From: Macrostomum hystrix
Lineage: Eukaryota > Animalia > Platyhelminthes
Reading direction: 5' to 3'
DNA: 64,000 bases
Assembly (NCBI GenBank): GCA_950097015.1
Contig: CATNEN010000034.1
Coordinates: 2,480,001 to 2,544,000, forward strand
The stretch's first letter is position 1, and each line of letters opens with the position of its first letter. A program made the translations under genes and the position numbers. Positions 1 to 12,985 of this stretch are shown here, piece after piece. Under the pieces are notes generated by a model. That model did not search any database. It was not told the origin of the DNA and saw only the letters and a program-made list of their open reading frames with translations.

Positions 1-67
1 TGTTTGACAAAATGTGGAATTGAAAGTAGGACTTAAGCGTGTTTTCTAGCTTTTAACACCTACGCAC

Positions 68-3000
68 CAGAAGGTCCAGATGGTAGCCAACGCCCTTTCG
101 CATTTTGTTCTCGCGTCTGTTGACAATGACGCTGGTGATCTGCTGGTCCAGGAACAGCAAAATCACCGCCAAGACGGCTGGACCCAGCGCGATGAGCGAT
201 GTGTACCAAGGATTGATACCGAAAGGATGCACCAGCCAGCCGCGGTAGGTGAAGCCGAGGGTTGGCTCAAAACTGGTCGGGATCAGCAGCTTTGGCGTGT
301 GCAGATCTACGGGTTGGAGGGCAGCGCTGGCCTGACACAATGCCCACTTCGAACTAACTTCGACCCCAATCTAAACCAGCTCAAAACCTCGCTATAAACC
401 AGCTCGACCCAGCTATAAACCAACTCGACCCAGCTATAAACCAGCTCGACCCAGCTATAAACCAGCTCGACCCAGCTATAAACCAGCTCAAAACCTTGCT
501 ATAAACCAGCTCGACCCAGCTATAAACCAGCTCAAAACCCAGCTATAAACCAGCTCAAAACCTAGCTATAAACCAGCTCGACCCAGCTATAAACCAGCTC
601 GACCCAGCTATAAACCAGCTCGACCCAGCTATAAACCAACTCGACCTAGCTATAAACCAGCTCGACCCAGCTATAAACCAGCTCGACCCAGCTATAAACC
701 AGCTCGACCCAGCTATAAACCAGCTCGACCCAGCTATAAACCAGCTCGACCCAGCTATAAACCAACTCGACCCAGCTATAAACCAGCTCGACCCAGCTAT
801 AAACCAACTCGACCCAGCTATAAACCAGCTCGACCCAGCTATAAACCAACTCGACCCAGCTATAAACCAGCTCGACCCAGCTATAAACCAGCTGAAAACC
901 TTTCTATAAACCAGCTCGACCCAGTTATATTTCTATAAACCAGCTCCACCTAGCTATAAACCAGCTCGACCCAGCTATAGACCAGCTCGACCCAGTTATA
1001 TTTCTATAAACCAGCTCGATCTAGCTATAAACCAGCTCGACCCAGCTATAAACCAGCTCAAAACCTTGCTATAAACCAGCACGACCCAGCTATAAACCAG
1101 CTCAAAACCTTGCTATAAACCAACTCGACCCAGCTATAAAACAGCTCGAAACCTTGCTATAAACCAGCACGACCCAGCTATAAACCAGCTCGACCCAGCT
1201 ATAAACCAGCTCGACCCAGCTATAAACCAGCACGACCCAGCTATAAAACAGCTCGAAACCTCGTTCTAAACCGACTTGACCCCTTAAATGACCCTTAATG
1301 ATCGCAAACCATTCACAAAAATTCTAAACCTGCATCTATTTGGCGACTCACCCAGAAGGAAGTCGACCAGCGTGACTAGGCAGATGGCGATCATGACGGC
1401 AAAGTCGGACATTAGGCGACGAACAAATGACGGAAACAGGCTGCCGTTGCGGGCCTTCTTAAGCGTGAAGCAAATGAAGAAGCTGGCCAAGAACAGCAGG
1501 CAGGAGATGAAGAACACGTCCGGCACGCTGAACAGGCCGCAGCCGCGCCCGATCCAGACGCCGCCGTATTCTGGGCAGGTCTTCCAGAACAGGTCGTGAT
1601 CCCACGAGTAATAGTCCATGGCGCTGAAGTTTGCCACGGTGACATTGCCAACAAGGTAGGTTGGCAGCTGGCGGGCCATCTTGGGCGGCACCGGCACCAG
1701 CTCGGTGAGGTTCTCGTTGGGGAAGCACTCGCACTCAACGATAACCTCCTGTTTGGGATGCCAGGCCCGATTCAACGGATAATCGGCTGAGATTTTGAAC
1801 AGCTTGGCGAATGACTCGTAGATGAAGATGACGGCGATGAGCAGGGCAAAGTTCTCCTCCGTAAATCGGGTGATGTATTTCACCAGGAAGCTGAGGTCCA
1901 ATGCTACTACGACTACTAGCAGAGCGGCAGTCCACATGCCGATCCACCAGCGGAAGGACAAGTAGTCCCAGTGGTATCGATCGCTCATTTTGAACACGAT
2001 AGATTCGAAAACCAACACCTGAACAGTTGAGCAGTTTTTAGTGCCTTTGGTCAATGTCTAACATCAATCAGTAGAAACCTCAATAAAACTCTTGTTGTAG
2101 GAGCTAACTACGAGAGAATCGATTCTTGGGGAGAGCTGAGATTTTGACAAGTCCAATACATTTCTAGCCAAAGCGTCTACACACTGCCAGTGTGTCTGCC
2201 CTGACTTTTAGTTTCAGATGTTGTACGCGCTGACTTTGCCTGGTATATTGGCATCATGGGCGTTAATGGCACGACAAGCCCTCAAGACTTCTCTCCGCGG
2301 AATCGAGCTCAGGGACGTTGGTGCGAGAATCGGACCGCTCTGCAACTCACTCTCTACATTGAACATTTCACATGAAGGCTTTCAACTAGAAATCCCATCT
2401 TGGTCATAGATCTATGGCGCATCTAAACATGTAAACACTCACCGGTCCCGTAGAACCAAGGATTGTCATTGGCTGTCCGGCGAACAAGGCGTAGGAAACG
2501 CCACAGATGAGGCCAGACAGGATGCTCTCCATGGCGCCCAGGTAGCCGTTGGTGGCATCGCTCAGCATGCCGCCGAAGGTGATGATTGGCGCGATGCAGG
2601 CGAAGTAGATGAAGAAGAATGAGCCAATGGTCTGCGGATGCAGTGCGTCCAGAAAGTCGCTCTTGTACCTGGCCGATTGCGGGAGAGGTGTCAATCTAGA
2701 ATCGAAACGTCACTCTAACCACCTGTCCATCAAGTCCCTCACTCACCAGGGCGCGCGCCTCTTGACATCGTCAATGAGGCCGCCGAACAGTCGGCCGGTG
2801 CGCTCGAGACCCTCAATGTGGCCGTGCTGCTCCGGCTCTGGCTCTTTTTCCGTCTTGTCGGCGTGTCGGTGCTCCGTGTTCGGCACATCAGCCGGTGGTG
2901 GAATGCGGTCGGTGAGGGAGCAGCCGATGGGAGGCAGGATGCTGGAGCACTTCAGGAACTCGTCCACGCCTGCCACCAGCTCCGCCTATCGTATCGTTTC

Positions 3001-6000
3001 AGGGCTTCATGCAATTGTCGCTGTTGATTCCATGAAGTCACTACCTACCCTGAAGTCTCTGCCTACCCTGAGGTCTACCTACCCTGAAGTCTCTGCCTAC
3101 CCTGAAGTCTTTACCTACCCTGAGGTCTACCTACCCTGAAGTCTCTGCCTACCCTGAAGTCTTTACCTACCCTGAGGTCTACCTACCCTGAAGTCTCTGC
3201 CTACCCTGAAGTCTTTACCTACCCTGAGGTATACCTACCCTGAAGTCTCTGCCTACCCTGAAGTCTCTACCTAACCTGAAGTCTCTGCCTACCCTGAAGT
3301 CTTTACCTACCCTGAGGTCTACCTACCCTGAAGTCTCTACCTAACCTGAAGTCTCTGCCTACCCTGAAGTCTACCTACCCTGAAGTCTCTGCCTACCCTG
3401 AAGTCTTTACCTACCCTGAGGTCTACCTACCCTGAAGTCTCTGCCTACCCTGAAGTCTTTACCTACCCTGAGGTCTACCTACCCTGAAGTCTCTGCCTAC
3501 CCTGAAGTCTTTACCTACCCTGAGGTCTACCTACCCTGAAGTCTCTACCTAACCTGAAGTCTCTGCCTACCCTGAAGTCTACCTACCCTGAAGTCTCTGC
3601 CTACCCTGAAGTCTTTACCTACCCTGAGGTCTACCTACCCTGAAGTCTCTGCCTACCCTGAAGTCTTTACCTACCCTGAGGTCTACCTACCCTGAAGTCT
3701 CTGCCTACCCTGAAGTCTTTACCTACCCTGAGGTCTACCTACCCTGAAGTCTCTACCTAACCTGAAGTCTCTGCCTACCCTGAAGTCTCTGCCTACCCTG
3801 AAGTCTCTGCCTACCCTGAAGACACCTGAAGTATGAAAATTGTTACTAAAATGAAGGCAACTGAAATACATTTTCACCCCCTGACCCACCTTGTTCTCGG
3901 CCAGGTAGGCCACTTTGTGAAAGATCTCGTCAGTCATGAGGGTAGCAACCGCCTTGGCAACCATCATAAGATCTGGCATGCCGCTGTGCCGGGGGCCCAA
4001 CAACAGGTAGAGGAATCTGACTGGCAAGTCGATTTCCATCAGCGGCTCGTCCTTAAGCGGCTGGTCCAGGCGGATAAACATGGACATGGGCGACTGGAGC
4101 ATCGGCAGCGTGCCAACCATCAGCGAGCAGCCTTCAGCATCGCGACGGACTTTCTTCCGGTACTTCTTATTCGTCTTGCGCTCCAGCTTATCGGCGGTCT
4201 CTGTCATTAGTAAGAGCGGGGGCGGCCATCACCTCAGTTGGTCATTTAAAGGCGTAGACTAACAACAGATCACTACAGTCACTCCAGCCCCGTCACTCCC
4301 ACCCGTCACTCCAGCCCCGTCACTCCCACCCGTCACTACAGCCCCGTCACTCCCACCCGTCACTCCAGCCCCGTCACTCCAGCCACGTCACTCTAGCCCC
4401 GTCACTCCAGCCCCGTCACTCCCACCCGTCACTCCAGCCCCGTCACTCCCACCCGTCACTACAGCCCCGTCACTCCCACCCGTCACTCCAGCCACGTCAC
4501 TCCAGCCACGTCACTCTAGCCCCGTCACTCCAGCCCCGTCACTCCCACCCGTCACTCCAGCCCCGTCACTCCCACCCGTCACTCCAGCCACGTCACTCCA
4601 GCCTCGTCACTCCAGCCCTGTCACTCCCACCCGTCACTCCAGCTCCGTCACTCCACCCCCTTTACTCCAGCCCCGTCACTCCCACCCGTCACTCCAGCCA
4701 CGTCACTCCCACCCGTCACTCCAGCCCCGTCACTCCCACCCGTCACTCCAGCCACGTCACTCCCACCCGTCACTCCAGCCACGTCGCTCCAGCCCCGTCA
4801 CTCCCACCCGTCACTCCACCCACGTCACTCCAGCCTCGTCACTCTAGCCTCATCACTCCAGCCCCGTCTCTCCAGCCTTGTCTCTCCGCCTCATCACTTC
4901 CGCCCCGTCACTCCTGCCCGTCACTCCCGTCCGTCACTCCAGCCCCGTCTCTCCAGCCTTGTCACTCCGCCTCATCACTTCCACATCGTCACTCCCGCCC
5001 AGTCACTCCCGCCCGTCACTCCAGCCAGTCACTCCCGCCCGTCACTCCAGCCCGTCACTCCCGCCCGTCACTCACTGTCCGGCGGCTTCTCCACAAAGTT
5101 GATGTGCCTTGTGAGCAGTAGGCGCTTCACCTCCTCGGCAGCGTCTGTGCCCAAAGTTGGCGCGAGACTGGCCTCCACCACCTCGCAGACGGTCTTCAGG
5201 CTGCCCTTGCTAGAACGACCTTCACTGCGGTCCACCTTCATCAGTAGAGTGAGGCCGCTCTCCAGCTGCCGACGGGCCTCCATCACGGAGAACGGAGACA
5301 TCACCGGCACGTAGGGAGCGCTCCACCGGTTGCCCGTGGCCTCCAGCTCCTCCTCGAATTTGATCCAGCGAAACTTCTCCCGCCACACCTGCACTGTAGA
5401 CAAGCCGTCCGGGCCAGGCAGCGTGTCCAGGTGATCCAGCTGGCAGAACAGCTGCTTCACCGATACCGCATCGCAACACGCCTCTCGGCTCAGTAGGTCG
5501 CGCACGAACTCAGCGGGATCTGGCGAGCGGAGAAGATGAGAATTCGGGACTGAGGATTTGAGGATTCTACTTCCTCGCCTTCCTACTTACTTCCCTTCTT
5601 CTTCCCTTCTCCATTTCTTCTCACTCCTCCCTTCCCCATCCCTTCCTCACTTCCTTGCTCCCTTCCAACATCCCTTCCTGCCTTCCTCTCTCCCCTCCTC
5701 CCTCCCCCATCCTCCCTTCTTCCCTCCGTGCCTCCCTTCCTCCCTCCCTTCCTCCCTTCCTCCCTCCCTCCCTTCCAGCATCCCTTCCTGCCTTCCTCTC
5801 TCCCTTCCTCCCTCCCTCCCTTCCTCCCTTTCACCATCCCTTCCTGCCTTCCTCCTTCCCTTTCAGCATCCCTTCCTCCCTCCCCCATCCTCTCTTCTTC
5901 CCTCCGTGCCTCCCTTCCTCCCTTGCACCATCCCTTCCTGCCTCCCTTCCCCATCCCTTCCTCCGTTCCTCCCTCCCTCCCTTCCTCCCTTTCACCATCC

Positions 6001-6566
6001 CTTCCTCCCTCCCTCCCTCCCTCCCTTCCTTCCTCACTTTCATCCCTCCCTTCCCCCTTGACTGATCATTCAATGTCACATTAAAACCGACTAACCACCA
6101 GATAGTTGCTAAATTTCGCTCAATATCACAACTTTACTAGTAGTTCTCTTGCGTGGCTACTAGCATCAGTAGCGAGTTGTGCAAATGTTGCTTAAGTTTT
6201 TTTTAACAAGTTAAAGATGTTTGGTGAATTAAAACATAGTCGGACTCAACTACCTGACTCATATTGAGTACACTCAGTACTAAAAAGGTGTCATGCTTGC
6301 ACTTCTTATTCAGGCAAAAGAATACTGCGATTTTTGTTCTCAAATCTCCAGATGTTTTAAAAATTGCTTTGTTGCTTTAAAAACTCGTGTGATTAAATCA
6401 ATAACTAACCAGTAGTTGAGTGCTGCTGCTGCTGCTCCTGCTGCTGCGGAAGATCATGCTGATGCTGATGCTGCTGCTGCTGATGCTCCTGCTGCTGGCC
6501 GGGTAGCAGAGACTGCTGCTGGTCCACTGATGCCACCCTAAAATAAGCAGGCTTGTAAGAAGACAT
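68..6566 (-). CDS. SLC4 family Na+-coupled bicarbonate transporter (NBC/NDCBE/NDAE1-like); 3' exons lie beyond the left window edge
   Basis: Exons (transcription order) 6566-6410, 5549-5076, 4200-3890, 2985-2747, 2668-2443, 2018-1352, 306-68; all GT-AG, phases compatible, total 2313 nt = 771 codons. Motifs [80 protein letters not shown] and a Cys-containing extracellular loop fit the NBC branch. Exon 1 (Gln-rich) is the least certain. Confidence 0.93.
395..1258. repeat. Intronic minisatellite, 21-bp unit (CCAGCTATAAACCAGCTCGAC), about 40 copies
   Basis: Direct periodicity; produces the spurious (VYSWVEL)n ORF. Confidence 0.95.
2278..2352 (-). mobile_element. SINE family A, short internally deleted head fragment
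   Basis: CCGCGGAATCGAGCTCAGGGACGTTGGTGCGAGA...ACCGCTCTGC is the reverse complement of the head of the full copies. Confidence 0.7.
3045..3820. repeat. Intronic minisatellite of 16/18-bp units (CTACCCTGAAGTCTCTGC variants) with a 52-bp higher-order period
   Basis: CTCTGCC recurs at 3091, 3143, 3195 (period 52 = 18+18+16). Confidence 0.92.
4276..5072. repeat. Intronic minisatellite, 13/14-bp units (CCGTCACTCCAGCC / CCGTCACTCCCAC)
   Basis: Direct periodicity; abuts the splice donor at 5074-5075. Confidence 0.92.
5580..6058. repeat. C/T-rich low-complexity repeat in SLC4 intron 1
   Basis: CCTTCCTCCC-type degenerate repeats; source of Pro/Ser-rich spurious ORFs. Confidence 0.9.
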
Positions 6567-7495
6567 TGCGGCAGTATGCTCTCTTCTGATTGAAGACTTC
6601 AACTCTAAACTCAACTTGTCAAACAGAACTATGGCTGCTATAATAATAGGCAAGAAATTTCCAGGGCTCCTTACTCACAGCACATATTTATAGGAGCAGT
6701 TTGGTGGGGTGTGCGCCCACAAACCTCACCCTGCTGCGAATGAGCTGCTCCAGTTGAAAATAGTATAGAGTCTGCGAGACAGAAGGAAACTGGTAGAAGG
6801 CAGGTTTTTCCAACAACAAAAAAGCTTGCCCTGCACCAACCCTCCCTACCGTAACGATATTCGAGTTAGTTCTGCAGTTTCTATAATTGTATTTGGACCG
6901 TGACACTGCAGCACAGAGCCAAAGCAGGTGCACTGATTGAAGTAATGGGCCATCGAACAAGTGTGTTTTTGTCCACCGGCCCTCTATGTATGTATGTAGG
7001 CTACCTATATTCTACTTTCATGAAATGGCCAAGTCTACCGCCAAGATAGACTAGTTAGTTGCACTATTAACTGTTTTTTTCGACGGACATACGAAACACT
7101 ACGACACGACGGACATTAGCACCTTCAAGATTCAATAATAAAAATGGGAGACTGAAGATTACAAACTACATTATGTTTACAAATTCTGCTATTAGCCAGC
7201 CTAGGATAGTACAGTGTGCTTAGAGAGTCAGCTATGTATTGAAGAGTATATTGTTTTAGCCGGAAACAGCCACCCAAACAGCTTTTTTGTCTCTCAGCCA
7301 TTCTAACAAAAATATGTTTAGCTTTCATTTCCATTGGATGAATATCTGAGTTTAGGTTTAGCGTGTCCTATATTTTAGCTGGCTTAAAACGGCTTTCGGG
7401 GGTTTAATCTGGATAATACTGCTGCTTATGATAGTACAGCATTATATTATACTTCTATTGTATATTTAAGTGTACTAAAAATAAGCTGTTGCAAT

Positions 7496-7496
<1 letters not shown>

Positions 7497-7533
<37 letters not shown>

Positions 7534-7573
7534 GGATAGATAGATGGATAGAGAGATAGATAGATAGATAGAT
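7497..7573. repeat. (AGAT)n microsatellite
   Basis: Direct observation. Confidence 0.95.
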
Positions 7574-8366
7574 CTATCGGACAGGCAGGTGCTGTTTCTG
7601 AGCAGGGTCTCACTCGGCTAACAACTGGCACCATGGCCCTAGCTCAGTTGGCTCATTCATGGATTGTACTCATCAAAAGCGGTGACAAAGCCAGTTAAGA
7701 CGAATATCTTCTGTATTGTGGCAGTCAGTACTAGAAAGTCTTAAGCCCCTTACCCACCTCCCTCCCTCCACAACTCACAGTTGAGCACAGCGATAGTTCA
7801 CGCATTGAGCAAATGACTCAGGGTCGGCTTTCACATCGCAGCGCTCTAGCTGGTTCCGGCCGAGAAGGCCGCCGCACTTGAGCAAAATAGCCGCTCACGT
7901 GCTCAAACAAAATTTAGCCGTCACTCGACTAAACTTCTTCTGGGTTGGACGCAATGCCAGAAATAAACAAACAATAGAAACTGCAGCACGAATGCTCCTG
8001 CAATCTTGAAAAGCTATACTTCTTTTTCTTAGATTTTTCACAATTTGTCAGAGAACGAAATAGAACTGAACTCTCGGTTCATTCGCTTTGCGCTTTTGAT
8101 TCTATTAATATTATTAAAAGCAAACAGTCTCTAAGTGCATCGCGCTCCTTTAAAAATGAACTGCAAGAACATTTTCTGGGCAAATCGACCCACATATATT
8201 TTCGGGTAGAAGTATTGGTTTTTGCATGCTAAGTGAGACTTTTTTCAAGCAATCTGAGACTGAATAGCAAAAACACTATTGTCTATGGCCATCCCAGCTT
8301 TTTCGGCGCGCCTTGCAGCAAAGTGAGAAATTTTTTAAAGCTAAGTGAATACCTGAATTAAAAAAA

Positions 8367-8555
8367 AGAAGTGACAGTTGTCCCATAGACTATTCCCGGT
8401 AGAAGTGACAGTTGTCCCATAGACTATTCTCGGTAGAAGTGACAGTTGTCCCATAGACTATTCCCGGTAGAAGTGACAGTTGTCCCATAGACTATTCCCG
8501 GTAGAAGTGACAGTTGTCCCATAGACTATTCCCGGTAGAAGTGACAGTTGTCCCA
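8367..8555. repeat. 34-bp minisatellite (AGAAGTGACAGTTGTCCCATAGACTATTCCCGGT), about 5.5 copies, just 3' of the ZIP stop codon
   Basis: Units start at 8367, 8401, 8435, 8469, 8503, 8537. Confidence 0.93.
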
Positions 8556-8585
8556 AAAACGATGAAGCAGTTCCCAAAACTGATC

Positions 8586-11500
8586 TTAGTGCTCGTTGTC
8601 TCCAAGCAGATCCCGAAGGTTGTCCTCGCACAGCGCAATGAGGCACATTGCGCCAACGCCGACAGAGATGCCAGCGCTTTGCAGGGCAAAATGGGCCAGC
8701 CGAGATTCGCCAGGCTTCACGTGCACCAAATTGAGTTCGGGCAGCTGGCAGGGAGAGTGCGGTTGCGATTCGTTAGATAGATTGGCGAATGAAGCTATGA
8801 AAAGCGATGCACTTTGGTATTGTACGTCGTACTTTGGCATTCTTAGTTCATGTGGCTTATGGGAAGTATTTGATGCCTATGATTCGCCAAGTACGGCAAT
8901 GATACTGGCTGTGACTGCGATTTTCAATATGACTAACAACGCAGTGCCCACCATGTCAACAAGCGAAATGTACACAAAAATGCCTCCTGCCACGGCAAAG
9001 ATCCAGTAGCTGGCGCTGGTCGCGTTGCCGGCGCAGACGCCTACGGCGGCGCCTGCGGCTGCCATAGCCGAAGACACCGCGTTGCAGAGGAGCGCTCGGC
9101 GAGGAGGCATTCCCGTTTTGAGCAGCACCGCGAAGTCGCCTAGAAATTGTATGGAAAAAATCGATATCCGACTTAATTGAAAGCAGGATGAAGTGACAGT
9201 AGGATGAAGTGACAGTAGGATGAAGTGACAGTAGGATGAAGTGACAGTAGGATGAAGTGATAGTAGGATGAAGTGACAGTAGGATGAAGTGACAGTAGGA
9301 TGAAGTGACAGTAGGATGAAGTGACAGTAGGATGAAGTGACAGTAGGATGAAGTGACAGTAGGATGAAGTGACAGTAGGATGAAGTGATAGTAGGATGAA
9401 GTGACAGTAGGATGAAGTGACAGTAGGATGAAGTGACAGTAGGATGAAGTGACAGTAGGATGAAGTGACAGTAGGATGAAGTGATAGTAGGATGAAGTGA
9501 CAGTAGGATGAAGTGATAGTAGGATGAAGTGACAGTAGGATGAAGTGACAGTAGGATGAAGTGACAGCTGGATAAAGTGAGCTGCTTACCCAGCTCGTGC
9601 GGCAGCTCGTGGCACAGCACGGCCACGCTGGTGGAGGCGCCGCCCGCCAGGCTCTGAGCAAAGGCGGCACCGATCGCCAGGCCGTCGGCAAAGTTGTGCA
9701 ACCCGTCGCCGAGAATCACCATCCACGCCATGGAGGCCATGTGACCGCGACCTCCGTGACTGTGGCCGTGCGCGTGAATGTCAACTTCGAAATTGTCGCG
9801 TCTGTCTGTCCGGCTGTCAGCTTGGATGACATCGCTGAACGCGGCGACGCCATCGTGAACTCCACCGGCGCCGTTGGCCTCTGCGTCGGTTGGCTCGCTG
9901 GCTTCGTGCAGCTCGCACAGCTCCACGAGATTGCGAAAATTGTCAATGCTGCGGAGTGCTGTGCGGGAGGATCACGTTGTGCATTCGTGACCCGACTGCA
10001 TGGGTCACTGATTGGACACCTCACTGCATGGGTCACTGATTGGACACCTCACTGCATGGGTCACTGATTGGACACCTCACTGCATGGGTCACTGATTGGA
10101 CACCTCACTGCATGGGTCACTGATTGGACACCTCACTGCATGGGTCACTGATTGGACACCTCACTGCATGGGTCACTGATTGGACACCTCACTGCATGGG
10201 TCACTGATTGGACACCTCACTGCATGGGTCACTGATTGGACACCTCACTGCATGGGTCACTGATTGGACACCTCACTGCATGGGTCACTGATTGGACACC
10301 TCACTGCATGGGTCACTGATTGGACACCTCACTGCATGGGTCACTGATTGGACACCTCACTGCATGGGTCACTGATTGGACACCTCACTGCATGGGTCAC
10401 TGATTGGACACCTCACTGCATGGGTCACTGATTGGACACCTCACTGCATGGGCCACTGATTGGACCACTAAATCACGCAACGCAATGTGTGACGCAACCA
10501 GTGAATCATGTTAGAAGCAATGTTCCTGCTAGCCCTTTTATAAATGTGTTAACCATTTGATTTCTTAGAAATAATACCAGCTCACCATTGAGCCAGGGGC
10601 TACATAGTCAACTTTGAGGATGCGAAAGCAGTTGTGTTTATTAATTCCATTAGCCACTCTGGACGCATGAAGCAGCTTAAGATAATCCCAATCCTCTTTC
10701 CAAGTCACGTGTATGTCCGACCTAAATTCGCAATCAAAGAAAATTGCCAAGGGGATTATTGACTGTCCATCTATTTCTCGTCTGTCTTACTTCCTATCCG
10801 ACCGCATCTAATTTCGAGCAGCCAGTCTCCTCAAGCTCTTTGGCTAATTTACACTGATGCTTCTGTGTTCAACTGGCATTTCTCGAGACGAGATGCCATA
10901 GGAGCAGCTTATCCCTTTAAAAATACTTCCCATTACCGATAATTAATGAGTTTTCTTCATAGCAGCATTCCAGTCTCCAGAGAGGCGGAGAGAATTAAGT
11001 TTAGTTGGCACAGTTCGTAGCCTCTTTAGTTTGCAAGTTTACAATGCTACGAAGCTTAGAAGCTCACCCTTGCTGCCCAGGCCAGTGGTAATAATATCGT
11101 CACAGGACTTTTCGCCGTACATTCGAGAAACGCGACGCCGCTGCCGCTCCAGAGTTGCCAGACCGTCAGACGGATCGCTGGCCGGCTCCAAGTGCCGCTG
11201 CTCCTGGATTGGGAGGGAAGGGAAAAGGGATGGGTCACGATAGGGGAGTGAGGAACGTAGGAGAGGAGAGAGGAGACGAGGTGGGTGACGGGGTGCGGGG
11301 ATGGCAGTGAAGTGGGTGACGATGGGGGCACGGTGATGGGGAGGGGAGTGAGGTGGGTGACGATGGGGGCACGGTGATCGGGGAGGGGAGTGAGGTGGGT
11401 GACGATGGGGGCACGGTGATCGGGGAGGGGAGTGAGGTGGGTGACGATAGGGGCACGGTGTGCGGGAGGGGAGTGAGGTGGCTTATAATGGGTCCTACGG

Positions 11501-12985
11501 AGATTGGAAAATGGAGTGGTATGTGTGACGATGTGTATGGCATTGAGTAAACTTAGGCCCACGGTCTGCTCAATTGTGATTTAATGTAAGGTCAGAGCAG
11601 CAGCTTTGTTGCAATCCCGTAATCCTGCTTTAGAGCGAATTCCCCAGTATCGAAATGGAGCGAAATTACGCTCTTATTAAAAATAGAAGGTAGAGGTAAA
11701 ATTTGTTATCTTTCTAACCCTTACAGTGCATCCAATATTCACCTAGACCCATGAGTAACAAATTTAGAGCATAAATCATGGCTCTCGGGTTTATGAGGCT
11801 GGGACAGTCAATGCTCTCAGCTGGACTAATGACCTGAGAAGGTGAGAACTATAGGATGCGGGTGGCAACAGGCAAGAGGCCCGCCCAAGCTTTTAGCGCG
11901 CTGGACTCTGTCTGGGCTGTGGGTGGGAATGAAAGATAGGCCTGACAAAGGAAGCTAATATTAAATGCGGCTAAGCAATCTGCAGCTCGGTCAAATTAAA
12001 CAGATTATCGACAGAGCCATCCTCGAGCCGGCCTATAAAGTACATTTCTTCACTTTGTCAGCCAGCGCTCACCCTCAGCGCCTGCTGCTCAGCCCTGTAG
12101 TCTGTAATTAGAACCACCAGCTTCTCGGCGATAAAAAAGCAATAGACCCCCGCCAGAGCTGCCAGGCCCTTCAGCACGGTTTGGCGCTCGTTGTGCCAAC
12201 GACGCGAGTGGGCGCTCTCCATTGCCGATTTCACTATCGCCTGCGGGAGAATGCAGTCGACGCAGTCTTCCGCTGGCGCTGGTAATATTCAGAGCTAATT
12301 AATCAATGGCCTTTATCCAAACACCTCCAGTCTCTGCATGCCTCAGAATCACCCACCTCTGCCCTCTCCCTGCCCATCCACCTCACTCCACTCTCTGCCC
12401 CCAATGGACATGCGCTTCATTTAACTCTCTGCCCCAGCACGAAACACCTTCCCTCCACTCTCCGTCCCAGATGCAGCCACCTCACTCCACTCTCTGCCCG
12501 AGCACCAGCCCAACATCCACTCTGTCTCAGATACACCCACTCTCTCCACTCTCTGTCCCACACGACTCACCCAACTCCCTCTGCCTGACCGTATTGAACT
12601 CACATGAGGGAGCAGATGCAGCATCGCATCGCCAGTTAATGAGCCAACAGCAAGTGCCACCAGAAACTGCAGCAGATGATTGTAGTAGGCTGACTGCGCC
12701 AGCGTTACAACAGCCACGGCTGCCAGACCGGTCAGGCTGATGACCAGGATGGCGATGAATGAGGCCAGCCAAACTGCAACGGGTTATGTAACAATAAATT
12801 CCGCACTTATTTTACTTTGAGTTTGTCTAAAATTTACCTTTCAATTCGGGAAAGCCTCCGGTGTGTTTACTCTCCACTCGGCTGCCTGACGAATTGCTAT
12901 CTGTGGCACAGGTGCCGAACTGTGTCAACAAGGCGGCCAGAAAAAGAATCAATAATAACAGATGGCATCTGCGAATAGGAACCAT
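8586..12985 (-). CDS. LIV-1 subfamily ZIP (SLC39) zinc importer, ZIP6/ZIP10/FOI-like, 434 aa
   Basis: Exons 12985-12871, 12773-12604, 12240-12073, 11203-11068, 9958-9590, 9139-8952, 8744-8586; GT-AG, phases compatible, 1305 nt. Motifs [38 protein letters not shown] and [15 protein letters not shown] (LIV-1 signature). ATG in GCCATGG context followed by a signal-peptide-like stretch. Confidence 0.92.
9185..9567. repeat. Intronic minisatellite, 16-bp unit (GGATGAAGTGACAGTA), about 24 copies
   Basis: Direct periodicity; the intron is read through in the 349-aa ORF of the track. Confidence 0.95.
9995..10466. repeat. Intronic minisatellite, 28-bp unit (CACTGCATGGGTCACTGATTGGACACCT), about 17 near-identical copies
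   Basis: Period 28 (10021, 10049, ...). Confidence 0.95.
11295..11480. repeat. Intronic G-rich minisatellite, 42-bp unit, about 4 copies
   Basis: GAGGGGAGTG recurs at 11341 and 11383 (period 42). Confidence 0.85.

Noticed and set aside
8877-9926. 349-aa ORF as a single exon
   Set aside because: It reads through the 16-bp repeat intron (9140-9589) and into the next intron; splice sites restore the canonical [10 protein letters not shown] motif.
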